Shown here: piece by piece, positions 47,783-59,640 of the stretch
How positions within the stretch are numbered: position 1 is the stretch's first letter
Layout: every line of letters starts with the position of its first letter
IMG/VR virus record: IMGVR_UViG_3300031576_000004
Coordinates: 1 to 64,000 of that record
Direction: 5' to 3' (one strand)
Length of the DNA: 64,000 nt
DNA from: a virus
Program-made: the position numbers and the translations under genes
Notes under the pieces: model-generated
Told to the model about the DNA's origin: nothing
What the model saw: only the letters and a program-made list of their open reading frames with translations
Databases searched by the model: none

Positions 47783-48205
47783 CTATTTGAATCTCTGCGT
47801 GATAGCGCGGATCTTGGAGACGATTGACTTTGCAATGGGTCCAGGGCGCTCGATTTCGGCCTTCAGGATGTTCAAAGCGCCTGGGTTGGTCGTTACAGCC
47901 ACGTTGCCAGCACGAATGCCTCTAATGGCCTTATTTAGCCTGCTCAGCAATGTAGATCTAATAGCCACATTGCTAATAGCATACTTGTTCATTAGCTTTT
48001 CTTTAAGTTTAATCCTGCGCCTGTCCTGGACAGAGGCGGTCTTTTCTTTCTGGCTAGACGTAATGGCCTGAGCCGTGGATTGCCCAGCCTCTCTGAATAG
48101 CCTGTTAAAGTCGTCCTCAGAGATCACAAAGTACCTGCCAGCCTTTCGGATGTGCTGGGTAATAGCCAGCTTCTCTATTAGCCCGTCATGCGCCGGCGTC
48201 CACAT
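47783..48205 (-). CDS. Isolated antisense gene resembling the internal head proteins
   Basis: MWTPAHDGLIEKLAI leader, EKTAS; start reassigned to 48205. Confidence 0.65.
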   Translation of the reverse strand: MWTPAHDGLIEKLAITQHIRKAGRYFVISEDDFNRLFREAGQSTAQAITSSQKEKTASVQDRRRIKLKEKLMNKYAISNVAIRSTLLSRLNKAIRGIRAGNVAVTTNPGALNILKAEIERPGPIAKSIVSKIRAITQRFK

Positions 48206-48228
48206 GGCCAAGATTCTATCCCGTTTAG

Positions 48229-48239
48229 GGTATAAGAGC
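48229..48239 (+). promoter_or_regulatory. Phage promoter-like motif at strand switch
   Basis: GGTATAAGAGC before AGGAGG RBS. Confidence 0.6.
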
Positions 48240-48270
48240 AAGATACCTAACAATAACTTTAGGAGGACAT

Positions 48271-51200
48271 ATGAACGCAGAATTTGAGTTCTACTTGGCA
48301 AGGCTTTACCGCAGGCCCAACAGTGAAGGCTGGCTTTTCACGGTCTGCGAGATCCAGAGATTTGATACAGATGCTCATTTTACCCTGCTTGGATTCGGAA
48401 GAATCAGGGGCAAGTACACCATAGGTATTATGGCGTAATGAAGATCCGCATGTGGGACGTCGGCCGTAACAAATGGAAAGGTGTTATCGATTGCAAGTTC
48501 CCTGGAGACCCTGCCATAGATGTTATTAAAGAAGCCAGAAAACACCTGGCTAGCAGGGATATCGATGTTTCAGATCCAGAGTCAACAGAGCCTGGGTTAA
48601 TATTCGCGGGCGTTAGAGCCGTTGGAAAATGGGAGATTATCAATGAATAGACCAGAAGATATCCCGCCAGATGTTAAGGGTCGTTTTGAATTCCTGGTTC
48701 GCGTGGACAAACTTTTAGACGACAAAGTTCGTGTCCTACTTATGTCTCCGGTGCCTGGAAAGATCCCATTCGAGGTCTTGATGCCAGCAACTGAATACAT
48801 GATTAACGTCGCTGCACAGGAATCAAACGCTGGCTACGAGAAAGCCATGGAATTGCTCTGTAAGGGAGCTATGACATACCGGAACCTTCTGAAGGACGGG
48901 GAGGTCACCAAGGAAGGGTACAAGGAGGGATTCGATGGAGATCGATAAACAGGCCTCCGTTGACGCCGACTGGCTTCTAAATAATCCAGACAAAACATTA
49001 GGATCTCAATACCACGATGCTGGATCCTGCTGGCAGTTAATCGATGCGTTTCGTTATAGGTTTATCCTTCTCCGAGAAGCCTTCAAGCAGCACTGGGATC
49101 ACATGGGCTATAACAAGGACGACAGAAAGTTCGAAGCCGCCCCCATGGAACAACGAGCCATGTTAATGATCGACGACCTCAGATGGAAGAAGGTCGATCA
49201 ATACAGACACGCAATAAAAGAGATAGAGAGCGGCCTTTCTATTCACCTAGACACAGCCTCTCCAGACCTAATGAAGCGCGTTATTCAGGTTACTAGAGAA
49301 GCGGCGGATAAGATCCTTAAGGAAGCGGAATGATGGATATAGTCTTAATATCAGTAGGCTTTATCCTCGGCTTCTTTGTCGGCGGCGAAGTCCGTATGTG
49401 GGTCCATAGCCTAGCAAAGAAACACGCAGACAGAGATTATGGCCACAGATGCACAGGAGAGCACGACTGCAAAGGATGCGAAGACTACCTCAAGGAGCCA
49501 AAATGATCTACGCAGAGAAGATCGCACTAGAAGAGCTTACGAAGCAATTAGACGGCCTTGTATCCAAGCCACGGACTCTGCGCGTGCATCTCGAGGATGC
49601 GAACGGGCAGCTAGTGTCTGTACAAGCTGGAACTAAGATCAACCAGGAGCTTCTAACAGAAACCTCATGGTTCAAGGATCTCAGGGACCTGGCTGGGAAG
49701 CTCAGCAACATCGCAAGCGCTGGATTTACTACGACCCATGAAATCAACGAAATGAGGGCTAAATGATGCATAAGATCGTTCTAATAGCTCAGCTAATCGG
49801 CTGCGTTGTATTCTCGTTCTTCGCGGCTAGCTTCTTTCCTGCTGCCAGGGCAAAGGACATGCTCATTGGCGGCATAGTCGTAATCGCGGTTGGGGCGTTC
49901 GTAGCAGCCATGAACGTTAGAGAAAAGTAATGACTCCAATTAACCAATATAGAATGTTTGTGAGGGCTCTTCAGAAGATGGAAGAAAACCACCCCGCAAG
50001 AGAGGCGATGCTAAGCGCCATGGACAAACTGTGGTACTCGTTGAGCAATCAAGAACACGCAAGGCTAGACCGATATCCAAAGGCCAGGAAGCAAAGAAAA
50101 CAGGAGAAACATTCATGATGATCGGAATCCAAGTTGGAGCATCAAAGGAAACCGTTGCCCAGGCCAGGGCGCTTATTCTTTCGATCCTGAGCTCAGACTC
50201 AGACGAAGCAACAAAGCAGGTCGCCCTTACTGCTGCAGTCGGGATCTGCGAGGTTAAGAACGCCACAGTCCAGAACTGCACAGTTAATGGCGGGAATCCG
50301 AAGAAGAAGTAATGAGCTACGACATCTATCTAAAAGACCCAGTAACAAATGAAGTCTGCACTCTCAGCGAGCCTCACCACATGCGCGGCGGAACCTATGC
50401 GCTTGGTGGCACCACGGAATGCCACCTGAATATCACTTATAACTATAGTAATATCCTTCAAAACGTCCTCGGGAAAGATGGCGTCAGATCCATCTACGGA
50501 AAGACCGGAGCTGACAGCATTTCTCTTCTTGAGGAAGCCATAAGCAAGCTAAAAGACGATGTCGACGAGGACTATTGGAAACCGACTGAAGGCAATACTA
50601 AGAGATCGTTGCTGCAATTAGTAGCATTGGGCAAGATGAGGCCAGACGGGATATGGAATGGCGACTAATATTAAATGTAGCGCTGTTGGGTGCAAGAATA
50701 GGTGGATGGAGCACGCCCCAGTATATAGCCTGCGTAAGAAACAAGCCTTTACGTTTAGACTCTGCGAGCGATGCTGGATGATTTACGAGGACTACCGGTT
50801 TGAGGAGAAGCAAAGAGAGTTTAACGAAGACGAGCTCGCAATCGCCAAGGTTAGAGCAGCCACAAGCGATGAGCACGGCTGCCGTCATGATTACGGCATA
50901 ATGTCGCGCCATATCAGAAAGGCCTTAGATGTTAAATCAGACGCAAAAGCGTTGTGGTGTAAAAACTGCGGAAAGGCTTTGGTGTTAAAGAAAAATGCCT
51001 AGCATATGTTATCACTGCGGGAAGACAAATCCAACTGACCAACAACCATTCATAAAGTCTGCTAATATCGATGGCGAGATCCAGGGGCTTGGCTTTAGCG
51101 GCGAGCAAAAACATCTAGAGCTCTCATTCCAGTACGGCAATCCGAACTACTTCCTTATCCGCCTGGTATCAGAGAAGGGCTGGAAGGCTCTGAGCCGCTC

Positions 51201-52764
51201 GTTCCCTCGTGCCATTATCCCGATGCTGATTAAAGTCCTACAAGAGGGCATTAAGGATAAGCACATCCCAAAGGCAGAGGTGTGCGAGCATAAGCCAGAA
51301 GCTAAACCTATACCAGTGGTGAGCTAATGGAAGTCGACAAGTTCGAAGAGATCATGATGGCTGCTATCGACGAAGCCGAAAAGATTAAGTGCCCTCTAGA
51401 GGACTACTATAAGGGCCTACAGGCTATGCGCAGCTGCATACAGGAGCGCATTGACGGCGTGGCTAGCGAGCTAGGACATCCGTAATGTGGGGAGTTAACT
51501 ACGTAATAGCCACGGCCGCCTGCTATTGTCACACTGGGACAGCTAAGAACTGTCCATATCATGCTCCGACTGGCGAGTTTGAATACGACCCAGACGTTAT
51601 CTCTAATACCGCTTCCTGTGGGCCTGAGCCAGCGCCAGTGCCTGTAGAGCCCGAGAAGCCAAAGTTCCAGATAAATCGCCTACAGATGCCCAAGCTGCCT
51701 AAGGCGATGCCAGTGTGGCAGCGAGCACCTATTAGGCTGTGTTCCAGATCCTCAATCTAGGAGTAATCATGAACAAGATCGGATGGACAAGTAAGCGCCG
51801 CGGAATTAAGGTCAGCATTGATAACCCGAACGACGAAATGAAGCTTCTTTGCCGTGACCACTTCCGTGAGGCTATTGACGACATGCTCCAGGAGTCTCTC
51901 GCAAAGGTGAGCGAGGGCCTTAAGAGCCTAAAGCCTGGCGAGAAGCGTGTCATGCAGTTCGCTCCCATGGTCGTCACAATCGAACGCCCGAAGGCAGAAA
52001 GAAAGAAGGCGAAGACCAATGAAGCGTAACGCGACTATTAAGGCGTCAGACAAAGACACAACGATCACTGTTGATATACAGGTCGAAAGCGTTGACAGTC
52101 TTACTAGGGGCGAGGTCGAGGTGGCTAAGGACTCTCTCGTTGACGCTGTCATGAGAACTCTAAATAACGGGAACGTTAGGTATTTCGCTGTCCCGCTTGG
52201 ATCCATCAATGTCAAAGCCTAAGTACAGCAAGATCTATTGGGTAGCCTGGTGGGTCATCACAAAGAAAAAGAGGTTTATCAGCGAGCACAGCAGCGAGAA
52301 GCTGGCCATGAAGCGCATGGATGAAATCATGGCTCGCAAGCGCCAATGGGGAATTCCAGCGAGTCTTGAGGTCGTTGAGGTTCATGGCTCAACAACAAAA
52401 CTCGGAAAGAAACTCGTGATTATAGACGATTCCATCTGCCAGGGCTGTGGCGGCAGAGGAAGGGAGTGCATCTGTAATGACTGAGAAGACACCACCATGT
52501 GAGCATGAATACGGCGATCTCAAGCTAATCAACCGCAAGGAAGATAGATGGTCGAAGCTCTGCAATAAGTGTGGCAGAGATCAAGACGACGTGGCAATGG
52601 ATGCATTCCGACCTGAGCAGATCACCTTTATCCAATGTGGCTCTAAATGCGAGCACGAATATGGCGAGCTAAAACTCATAGATAAAAAGAAAGATCTGTG
52701 GACAAACTACTGCAAGAAATGTGGAAGAGACGCCATGGACATCGCACTTGAGGAGTTTAAGTAA
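48271..52764 (+). other. Cluster of about 18 small hypothetical ORFs (e.g. 48622-48948, 48935-49333, 50312-50668, 50658-51002, 50995-51327, 51769-52029, 52477-52764)
   Basis: Densely packed co-directional ORFs, several with CxxC motifs. Confidence 0.6.
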
Positions 52765-53129
52765 TGGTCAAGCAGGTCATCGTGATTAGAAAAGACTTGC
52801 GTATGAGGCGCGGCAAAGAGATCGCTCAGGGAGCTCATGCTGCAATGGCGTGGATGACTAATAGAGCCAGGAAGGGATATCATTATTTCTCCCCAGAAGA
52901 AGAGGCCTGGATTAATGGTCCATTCACCAAGATTTGTCTACAGGTCAACTCTCTTCCTGAGCTTAATGCCGTCTATGTATCAGCGCTAGAAGCTGGCCTT
53001 ACAACCGAGCTAATAATCGATAGCGGAGCCACTGAGTTCAACAATGTTCCGACAGAGACCTGCTGCGCCATCGGCCCTCACGAAGCCTCAAAGATCGATG
53101 CTATCACAGGACACCTAAAACTCTATTAA
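52764..53129 (+). CDS. pth2: Peptidyl-tRNA hydrolase, Pth2 type
   Basis: KQVIVIRKDLRMRRGKEIAQGAHA...KICL...IIDSGATEF...TCCAIGP...TGHLKL. Confidence 0.93.
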   Translation: MVKQVIVIRKDLRMRRGKEIAQGAHAAMAWMTNRARKGYHYFSPEEEAWINGPFTKICLQVNSLPELNAVYVSALEAGLTTELIIDSGATEFNNVPTETCCAIGPHEASKIDAITGHLKLY

Positions 53130-53138
53130 GAGGAGCCA

Positions 53139-53426
53139 ATGACTGCCGAAGAGTGGGAAGCCCGCGTAAACATGATGGACAGGCTCAAGTGCATGCATCA
53201 TCCGGAACTGTTTATTGCCGAGATAGACTGCAAGAGATGCCTACTTGAGCTTGTTCTCAGTGTGGCTGAAATACATATTGCCCAAGGGCTAGCTCAAGGC
53301 AGGAAAGAGGCTGAAGATGAGTTCTACGATAAGCATCCAGACACCACATGGGATGAATATGAAGAAGTCGCATTTGGCAGCAGGATTCATATGTCGAAAA
53401 CTAAACAAAAGAGGAAAAAGGAATGA
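53139..53426 (+). CDS. Hypothetical protein
   Basis: AGGAG RBS. Confidence 0.6.
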   Translation: MTAEEWEARVNMMDRLKCMHHPELFIAEIDCKRCLLELVLSVAEIHIAQGLAQGRKEAEDEFYDKHPDTTWDEYEEVAFGSRIHMSKTKQKRKKE

Positions 53427-53788
53427 GGCTAGCGATAGTTGGCTCTGTATCCCTCGCCGGAAACGACGAGGCAATAAAGCTGATCGGAAGCCTGCTGGAC
53501 GAGCTAAAGCCTGACACCGTAATCTCTGGCGGCGCTGTTGGCATAGACAGCATGGCCGCTCTTGCTGCTATAGCCAGAGGTATATTTCTAGTGCAGCGCT
53601 TCCCCAAGAATCAAAGATGGGCACCAGAAGGCTTCAAAGACAGAAACCTTCTGATCGCCCAAGACTGTGACATGCTAATTAGAATCGCAGACCCTAAATC
53701 AAAAACTTACGGCTCAGGCTGGACAATGAACCAGGCTAAGAAGCTTGGCAAGCCGACTCGTGAGATATTTGTGGAGAATAAACAATGA
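53423..53788 (+). CDS. SLOG-superfamily (YspA-like) protein
   Basis: LAIVGS, VISGGAVGIDS, RNLLIA, GSGWT. Confidence 0.82.
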   Translation: MRLAIVGSVSLAGNDEAIKLIGSLLDELKPDTVISGGAVGIDSMAALAAIARGIFLVQRFPKNQRWAPEGFKDRNLLIAQDCDMLIRIADPKSKTYGSGWTMNQAKKLGKPTREIFVENKQ

Positions 53789-54183
53789 GATGCAAACATG
53801 GAGATCTGGTTGCAGTCGCCTATAACGATGCCCAGAGATGTGAATTTGGAATGTATCTTGGGAGAACATCTGGAATAGTGGCACATGGTGTATTTCTGTT
53901 CGAATCAAATAGGGTTGCAAACTTAGATGGCATGTCTCAAGTCCAGCACGTATTCGGCAATATCGACGACTTCACGCTAAAAGGTAACGGGATGACCGGT
54001 TATATCGAAGGTGCTGGAGAGATGACGTCAAAGCTTTGGCTAAAAGCAATGAAGAAGGAATCCTTCAAAGGCGAGAACAAGCAAGCCAGGCGCATGGCCA
54101 AAGAGATCGAGACAAAGATGAATGCCAACATCATCGCTGACATAAAGCGAAGAATGAAAATCAACCCGCGCAGCGTGAGATAA
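53785..54183 (+). CDS. Hypothetical protein
   Basis: Coupled ORF. Confidence 0.6.
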   Translation: MRCKHGDLVAVAYNDAQRCEFGMYLGRTSGIVAHGVFLFESNRVANLDGMSQVQHVFGNIDDFTLKGNGMTGYIEGAGEMTSKLWLKAMKKESFKGENKQARRMAKEIETKMNANIIADIKRRMKINPRSVR

Positions 54184-54192
54184 GGAGATTAA

Positions 54193-55023
54193 ATGAAGCC
54201 ATACCTGTGCATTTATCACGGCTCGTGTTTAGACGGGTTCTCTGCCGCCTGGGTTGTCCGTAAGGCCCTAGGCGAAGAGAACGTTGATTTCTTCCATGGC
54301 GTATATCAGCAGACGCCGCCTGACTGTAAAGGACGCGACGTGATCTTCGTAGACTTCTGCTACAGGCGCGAGATCATGCAACAGATCGTTATAGACTCTA
54401 AGTCTGTGCTAGTCCTCGATCACCATAAGTCAGCTCAAGATGAAATGTCGAATGTTCTGTTCAGAGCCAGCACCGATAAGGTCTTCTTCGATATGGAGCA
54501 TTCGGGTGCTGTACTGGCCTGGATTCATTTCTTCACTCCAGGGACAACGCCGATCCTGTTGAACCTAATCGAGGACAGGGATCTTTGGAAGTTTAAATGG
54601 CCGCTGACTCGAGAGGTTAATGCCGCAATGTTCTCTTATGAATACACCTTTGAGAACTGGGACAAGCTAATGAAGATGCAGCAAGACACCCTGGCCACAG
54701 AAGGTGCGGCCATCGACCGCAAGCACCACAAGGACATCGACGAGCTACTCAAGGTGGTGTGCCGACCCATGGTAATTGGCGGTATAAGGGTATTAGTAGC
54801 CAATCTACCATATACGATGGGCACTGACGCTGCTGTCAAGCTCATCGAGCAAGGCCAGCCATTTGGTGCCTATTGCTACGATGTTCCAGATGGCAGAGTC
54901 TTTGGGCTCAGATCCACAGACGCCGGCCCTGACGTAAGCGAGATTGCAAAGCAGTATGGCGGCGGTGGACATCGTAATGCCGCAGGTTTCAGAGTCAAAA
55001 TTGGATGGGTTGAGGAGGTTTAA
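54193..55023 (+). CDS. DHH/DHHA1 phosphoesterase
   Basis: YHGSCLDG, FVDF, LDHHKS, DRDLW, GGGGHRNAAGF. Confidence 0.92.
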   Translation: MKPYLCIYHGSCLDGFSAAWVVRKALGEENVDFFHGVYQQTPPDCKGRDVIFVDFCYRREIMQQIVIDSKSVLVLDHHKSAQDEMSNVLFRASTDKVFFDMEHSGAVLAWIHFFTPGTTPILLNLIEDRDLWKFKWPLTREVNAAMFSYEYTFENWDKLMKMQQDTLATEGAAIDRKHHKDIDELLKVVCRPMVIGGIRVLVANLPYTMGTDAAVKLIEQGQPFGAYCYDVPDGRVFGLRSTDAGPDVSEIAKQYGGGGHRNAAGFRVKIGWVEEV

Positions 55024-55025
55024 TA

Positions 55026-57727
55026 ATGCAGATTACGACTCAGGAAAAGAAAGATCTCAACGCGGCCCTTAAACAGATCAACGATGTCCTAGGATGGGAC
55101 TTCGGCGCTTTCTGTGGAGACGAGGATCTGCTGTATCACCAGAAGGCGTCCAGCGCCGCTGCGTCAATCGATGGCCTTATCAAGACAGCAACGGTAATTC
55201 CATAATGGCTAAAAAGAAAGCCAAACGTAAGCGTGAATGCAAACACCCCGAAAGCAAACGGAACTATCTACTTCTCTCTTACATCTGCAACGGATGTGGA
55301 CAACACATTAAGATGACCAGAGAAGAAATGGGAAGATCACATGCGGCGCTTCCAAGAAAGAGGACAAACAGAATATGAAATACACCATGCACAATAAGAA
55401 GCATCCTGACTCTAAGCGAGTCAAGAAGCTAATGGAGAACGTGCATTTCTGGGCTCCTAATGATAAGGGTCTAGAGTCCATTCTCTTGTCTCTGTGCACT
55501 GAAATCAGACTTGAACAGCATCTCCAAAGCGTCGCAGACGTCAAGGCCAAAGTTATGAAGATGGCGAGGACAAATGCATCCAGCCGATAGTTATTCACGC
55601 GGCACTCCAGAGCAGCAGGCTAATACGCCTCCTACCAAACATTCTGTCGGCGATGAAGACATGATGCACGAATCTCCAATGCACAATCCAGACCCTGAGA
55701 TCATTAAGATCAATTCTCTATCCCATAGAGCCATGGCCAAAATGTGGAGATTCCATCCTTCGGGACATCCATATTTCGATAGCAAGCTGCCTTATTACAA
55801 GATATTCGAGGCAAGGTTCCAGTCGCTCGGCGGAATGACGCCTGAGCTTTCAAAAGAGATTGGATGGGAGATGTAATGAAACCCGCCGGTGAAGACCTAA
55901 TGAAGCGGCAGGAATCTAAGATGGGCGGGCTCACTAAGAATATTCTCAAGGCCAAGGCTCTTGAGATTATGAATGACTGCAGCAAAAAAGACTGGGACTC
56001 ATATGGAGCTAATCCTGTAACCCAGAAGACCTATGAGATGATCTGCAAAGTCATCGACGCCATGCCAGCTAACTTACCTAGACCAGAGATCGTCCCTGAC
56101 TCTGACGGTGAATATCAGCTGGAATGGGACAACAGCACCAAAGAGCTAACCGCTCTAATCGAGATCGCCGTCGACGCCAAAGGCCGCATGGCCTGGGCTG
56201 GCACATATGAGCGGGAAAGAGCCAAAGGCAATGTCGATGGCTGGTGGCACGGAGAAGACACTCTGGATTACGACAAGATCCTGCAGAGATATGTATTCCC
56301 TCAACATCTCGTAGACAAAATCATGAGGGTGATGGGAGAACAAAAACAAGATGCCCAAGATTCCATTCGGCCGACGCAGAGCTGAGGCTTTAGGCCGAGA
56401 GGTCAACAAGCTATTCGGCATTACGACGATTACGGACTTCCCAAGAACCGTTTATTACGATGGAATGTATTTCAAATGCTCCAACTGCGGTTCTTCAGAG
56501 AATTCGTGGTCTGGAGAGCCAAAGCGCCGCATGATAGGGGCATTCAGAAAGGATTCAGGAACCACAAATGCCAAAATCTAAGCGAAGCGTATTCTCTGGG
56601 AGCTGGCTTGAAAGAGACTTCAAGAAAGAGTGCTCTGACAGATCAAAGCAGATCGACAGCCAAGACGAATACGACTGGTATTCATTAACGCTGGGATGGG
56701 CTATCGGTAAGGGCATTAAGCCTGGCGCTGCCAAGAGATTCGCGATCCATATTCGATACAATACGGGTCTTGGTTAGTGAACGTCTGGGTTGTCTCTATA
56801 GATCATAAATATGGCTCAGATGCATCTGTGCATACAACACAGCGGCTTGCTACTAAGTATGTGGCCAATTTCGCTAGAGAATGGTGGCGTGAGACTGGCC
56901 GAAATGACGATCCGGAAAAGCTTTCTGATCAGAAGGCTATCGACGTTTATTTCGAGGAAATGCAAGACCGAGAGTTCTTTAGCATCACTAAAGTCAAAGT
57001 AAATGGATTCAAAGAAAACAAAAACAAAAGGAGTGTTTAGTGTTAAAAAAGCTATGGCACAAAATCCTGTGTTTCTTTAATAAGCATGTTTCTGTTGCGG
57101 ACTCTGTACCGCAAGGATCAGACCAAAAGCCGGCCCTTCGCTGCGATTGGTGTGGGCAATATATGGACATTCCTGGCAGAGGCGCTGGTCTATGACCTGG
57201 GCACAGACTGTTGCTGAAGTTAAAAATGATCGGTATCTGAAGGAAATTCGAAAGCTTCGGCTAAAGGTGCTAAAGCTAGAAACCGCGCGCAAGCGAATGA
57301 TCTGCAATTCATGCAAGAAGATGTTTCGCGTGGGTTGTCTCGAGCCAACGCAGATCATGGAGCTTGTAGCCCTTATGAGGCAGAGTGTTAGGCCTGAAGC
57401 GCTCTATAACCACCGCGGAGTACAGATCCACGTTGATGACGGCTTTATCATGTTCGAGGCTGACAGCCGCAGCGGCAAGATCAAGAAAATCACCATCAAT
57501 AAAGAATGGAAGATTCCAAGGAGCGCCCTTGTCGAAGGGCATTACAAGGTGAAGCGATGAAGGTATGGCTTGTTATCTTTCAACACGACGACGGAACAAT
57601 GCATCCATGCATCACGGCGCACACAACCAAGGCTAAGGCCGACAAGCAGGTCATGAAAATACTGAGTGAGCTCGGCCGAGATAGCCGCTATTGGAGCCAC
57701 GAAGTGCGCGACTGCAAAGTCGATTAA
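55026..57727 (+). other. Cluster of small hypothetical ORFs (e.g. 55375-55590, 55574-55876, 55876-56385, 56777-57040, 57147-57560)
   Basis: Packed co-directional ORFs. Confidence 0.6.
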
Positions 57728-57775
57728 CCAATTTACCTCAGAGTTGTTTAATGTTTTATTTTGAGGTGAACGAGA

Positions 57776-58828
57776 ATGGAAATAGACGGAGAATATTACA
57801 GGTCACAGGAAGAGTTTGATGAGGCCCTTAGATTTGGAAAGAAAGGCGAAGCTCTTGCTTTGGCCTTGATGAGACAGCTGTTCTCTGGCGCTAAGTTCGT
57901 CGATTATTGCAACAGGACTGAGTTATCAACAGAGCCTGGCAAAACGCAGGGTGCGAGCATCTATGTTAATGGCCAAAGAAGAATAAAGTACGATTACGCC
58001 TGCGAGTTTGGAGACAAGCTATGGGATGAGGAAATCAAGACCAGAGGGGATCTCTGGCAAAACAAAACGGAAGACATGGAAGATGCCCTTTGTTTCAGCA
58101 TTCGACAGGATGAACTTGCCGAAGCGCTGAAAACAAAGGAACTTAGGAAGCGGAATGCATATTTCCATCTTGTCATCCCGTCCGGCCTGTTAACAAAGCA
58201 GCTTAAAGAGGTGGAAGCCAATCATGCCGACCTAATCAGCGAAGGAAAGGCTTCTGGTGCTCGCAGAGCAATGAAGGAGATTAAAGCTCTGAAGGTCGTC
58301 ATTGAAGATAACGGCGGAGACAGGACAGATCATCATCTGTGGTTGGACCTGGTGAAATTGCAAGATAGGCCGGTTCGAACTCATAAAAACGAGAAAACGA
58401 ATACGCCTATGTGCGACATCCAGATCACGCTATTCAGTCGAGAGCACCCTGAAAAGCAGGCGCAGGAATCTGATCAGGATCCCATAGCATCCCCAATAGA
58501 GATAAAGAACTCGAAGCATATGCCAGCTGACAAAGAAGAAACCGCTTACGCCAGGGTATATATCCCAGTGACGCTGCAAGAGGCCCTTGAGAAGAAATAT
58601 CCTGGGAAGGGGAAATACAACCGCAAGCTTGGTGAATTCTTAGTCAAACACCAAGACGAGCTTCTGCATGGTGGCCAGCATCAGCAGGCGGCGTTTGAAT
58701 CAAAAGAGACGCCGGTAGCTGCGCAAAAGAAAGACTATACAGAGAAAGACTGGGAAAATATGCGCCGGCTTCTCAAGCTTTATGATGATGCAAAAGCAGA
58801 AGGCTTTGGCCTCACAAAGCTCTCCTAG
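57776..58828 (+). CDS. Possible PD-(D/E)xK-like nuclease domain protein
   Basis: GKKGE...KYD...EEIKT; GAGGTG RBS. Confidence 0.5.
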   Translation: MEIDGEYYRSQEEFDEALRFGKKGEALALALMRQLFSGAKFVDYCNRTELSTEPGKTQGASIYVNGQRRIKYDYACEFGDKLWDEEIKTRGDLWQNKTEDMEDALCFSIRQDELAEALKTKELRKRNAYFHLVIPSGLLTKQLKEVEANHADLISEGKASGARRAMKEIKALKVVIEDNGGDRTDHHLWLDLVKLQDRPVRTHKNEKTNTPMCDIQITLFSREHPEKQAQESDQDPIASPIEIKNSKHMPADKEETAYARVYIPVTLQEALEKKYPGKGKYNRKLGEFLVKHQDELLHGGQHQQAAFESKETPVAAQKKDYTEKDWENMRRLLKLYDDAKAEGFGLTKLS

Positions 58829-58889
58829 CATTCACAAAACACATTTACCATAGATTGTCCCAACCGGTTCTCAGTCCAGGAGTCTACCA

Positions 58890-59294
58890 GTGCTAACATG
58901 GGCTCAGAGGAAGATCTCTGAGAAATACAACAATACAATGAGATGGGCCGCCGAGCGGGGCCTAAACTTTGAGATATCCGAACAAGGGGTAGGCACGTTC
59001 TGGCAAAAACCTTGCCATTATTGCACGTGGTCTATCCCAACAATTGGCCTTGATCGCATTGATAATGCGAAGGGCTATGTAATCGATAACCTGGTCTCTT
59101 CCTGTCCCGTGTGCAATGGATCCAAGTTGGTGTTCTCTCAAGCAGAGTACATCAACCATTGCAGGATCGTGGCAGCAGCTCATCCAGGAGAGATCGATTA
59201 CAACATGGAAGAAGCCATGCATCGGAACTACTACCGCGTAAAGATGCAGGCGTACGAGCGGGTGACAAGCGTAAGGGTGGCCCAAAATGAGTAA
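58890..59294 (+). CDS. HNH-like nuclease (paralogue 1)
   Basis: CHYC...GLDRIDNAKGY...NLVSSCPVCN..K. Confidence 0.8.
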   Translation: MLTWAQRKISEKYNNTMRWAAERGLNFEISEQGVGTFWQKPCHYCTWSIPTIGLDRIDNAKGYVIDNLVSSCPVCNGSKLVFSQAEYINHCRIVAAAHPGEIDYNMEEAMHRNYYRVKMQAYERVTSVRVAQNE

Positions 59295-59640
59295 AGCTAA
59301 TCTAGCCTTTACAGGTTACAGCAAATCTACTGTAGATTTTAATTGTCCATCTTGCGGGCACCACATAAAGCTTGATTCTTTTGCAAAAGCAGCTGAGGCG
59401 ATCGAAGATACTGGGGCTGTGGATCCGAGTACTCCAGTTTCTGTGCTCTGCAAAAATGTGACAGAATCACGCTTTAAGGCACTCTTGAAAGAAGCTTACC
59501 CGAGCGCCGCAACCCTTGGCGATGTCGCAAAAATTCAAGATGCAGATCTGCTCCATATTAAGGGATTTGGAGCGTCTTCTTTGCGTATCATTCACTCAAT
59601 TAGAGAAAGAGTATCAAGGTTTAATTCAGCAAATGCTTAG
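59287..59640 (+). CDS. Zinc ribbon plus RNA polymerase alpha-CTD-like HhH domain
   Basis: CPSCG; TLGDVAKIQDADLLHIKGFGASSL. Confidence 0.6.
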   Translation: MSKANLAFTGYSKSTVDFNCPSCGHHIKLDSFAKAAEAIEDTGAVDPSTPVSVLCKNVTESRFKALLKEAYPSAATLGDVAKIQDADLLHIKGFGASSLRIIHSIRERVSRFNSANA

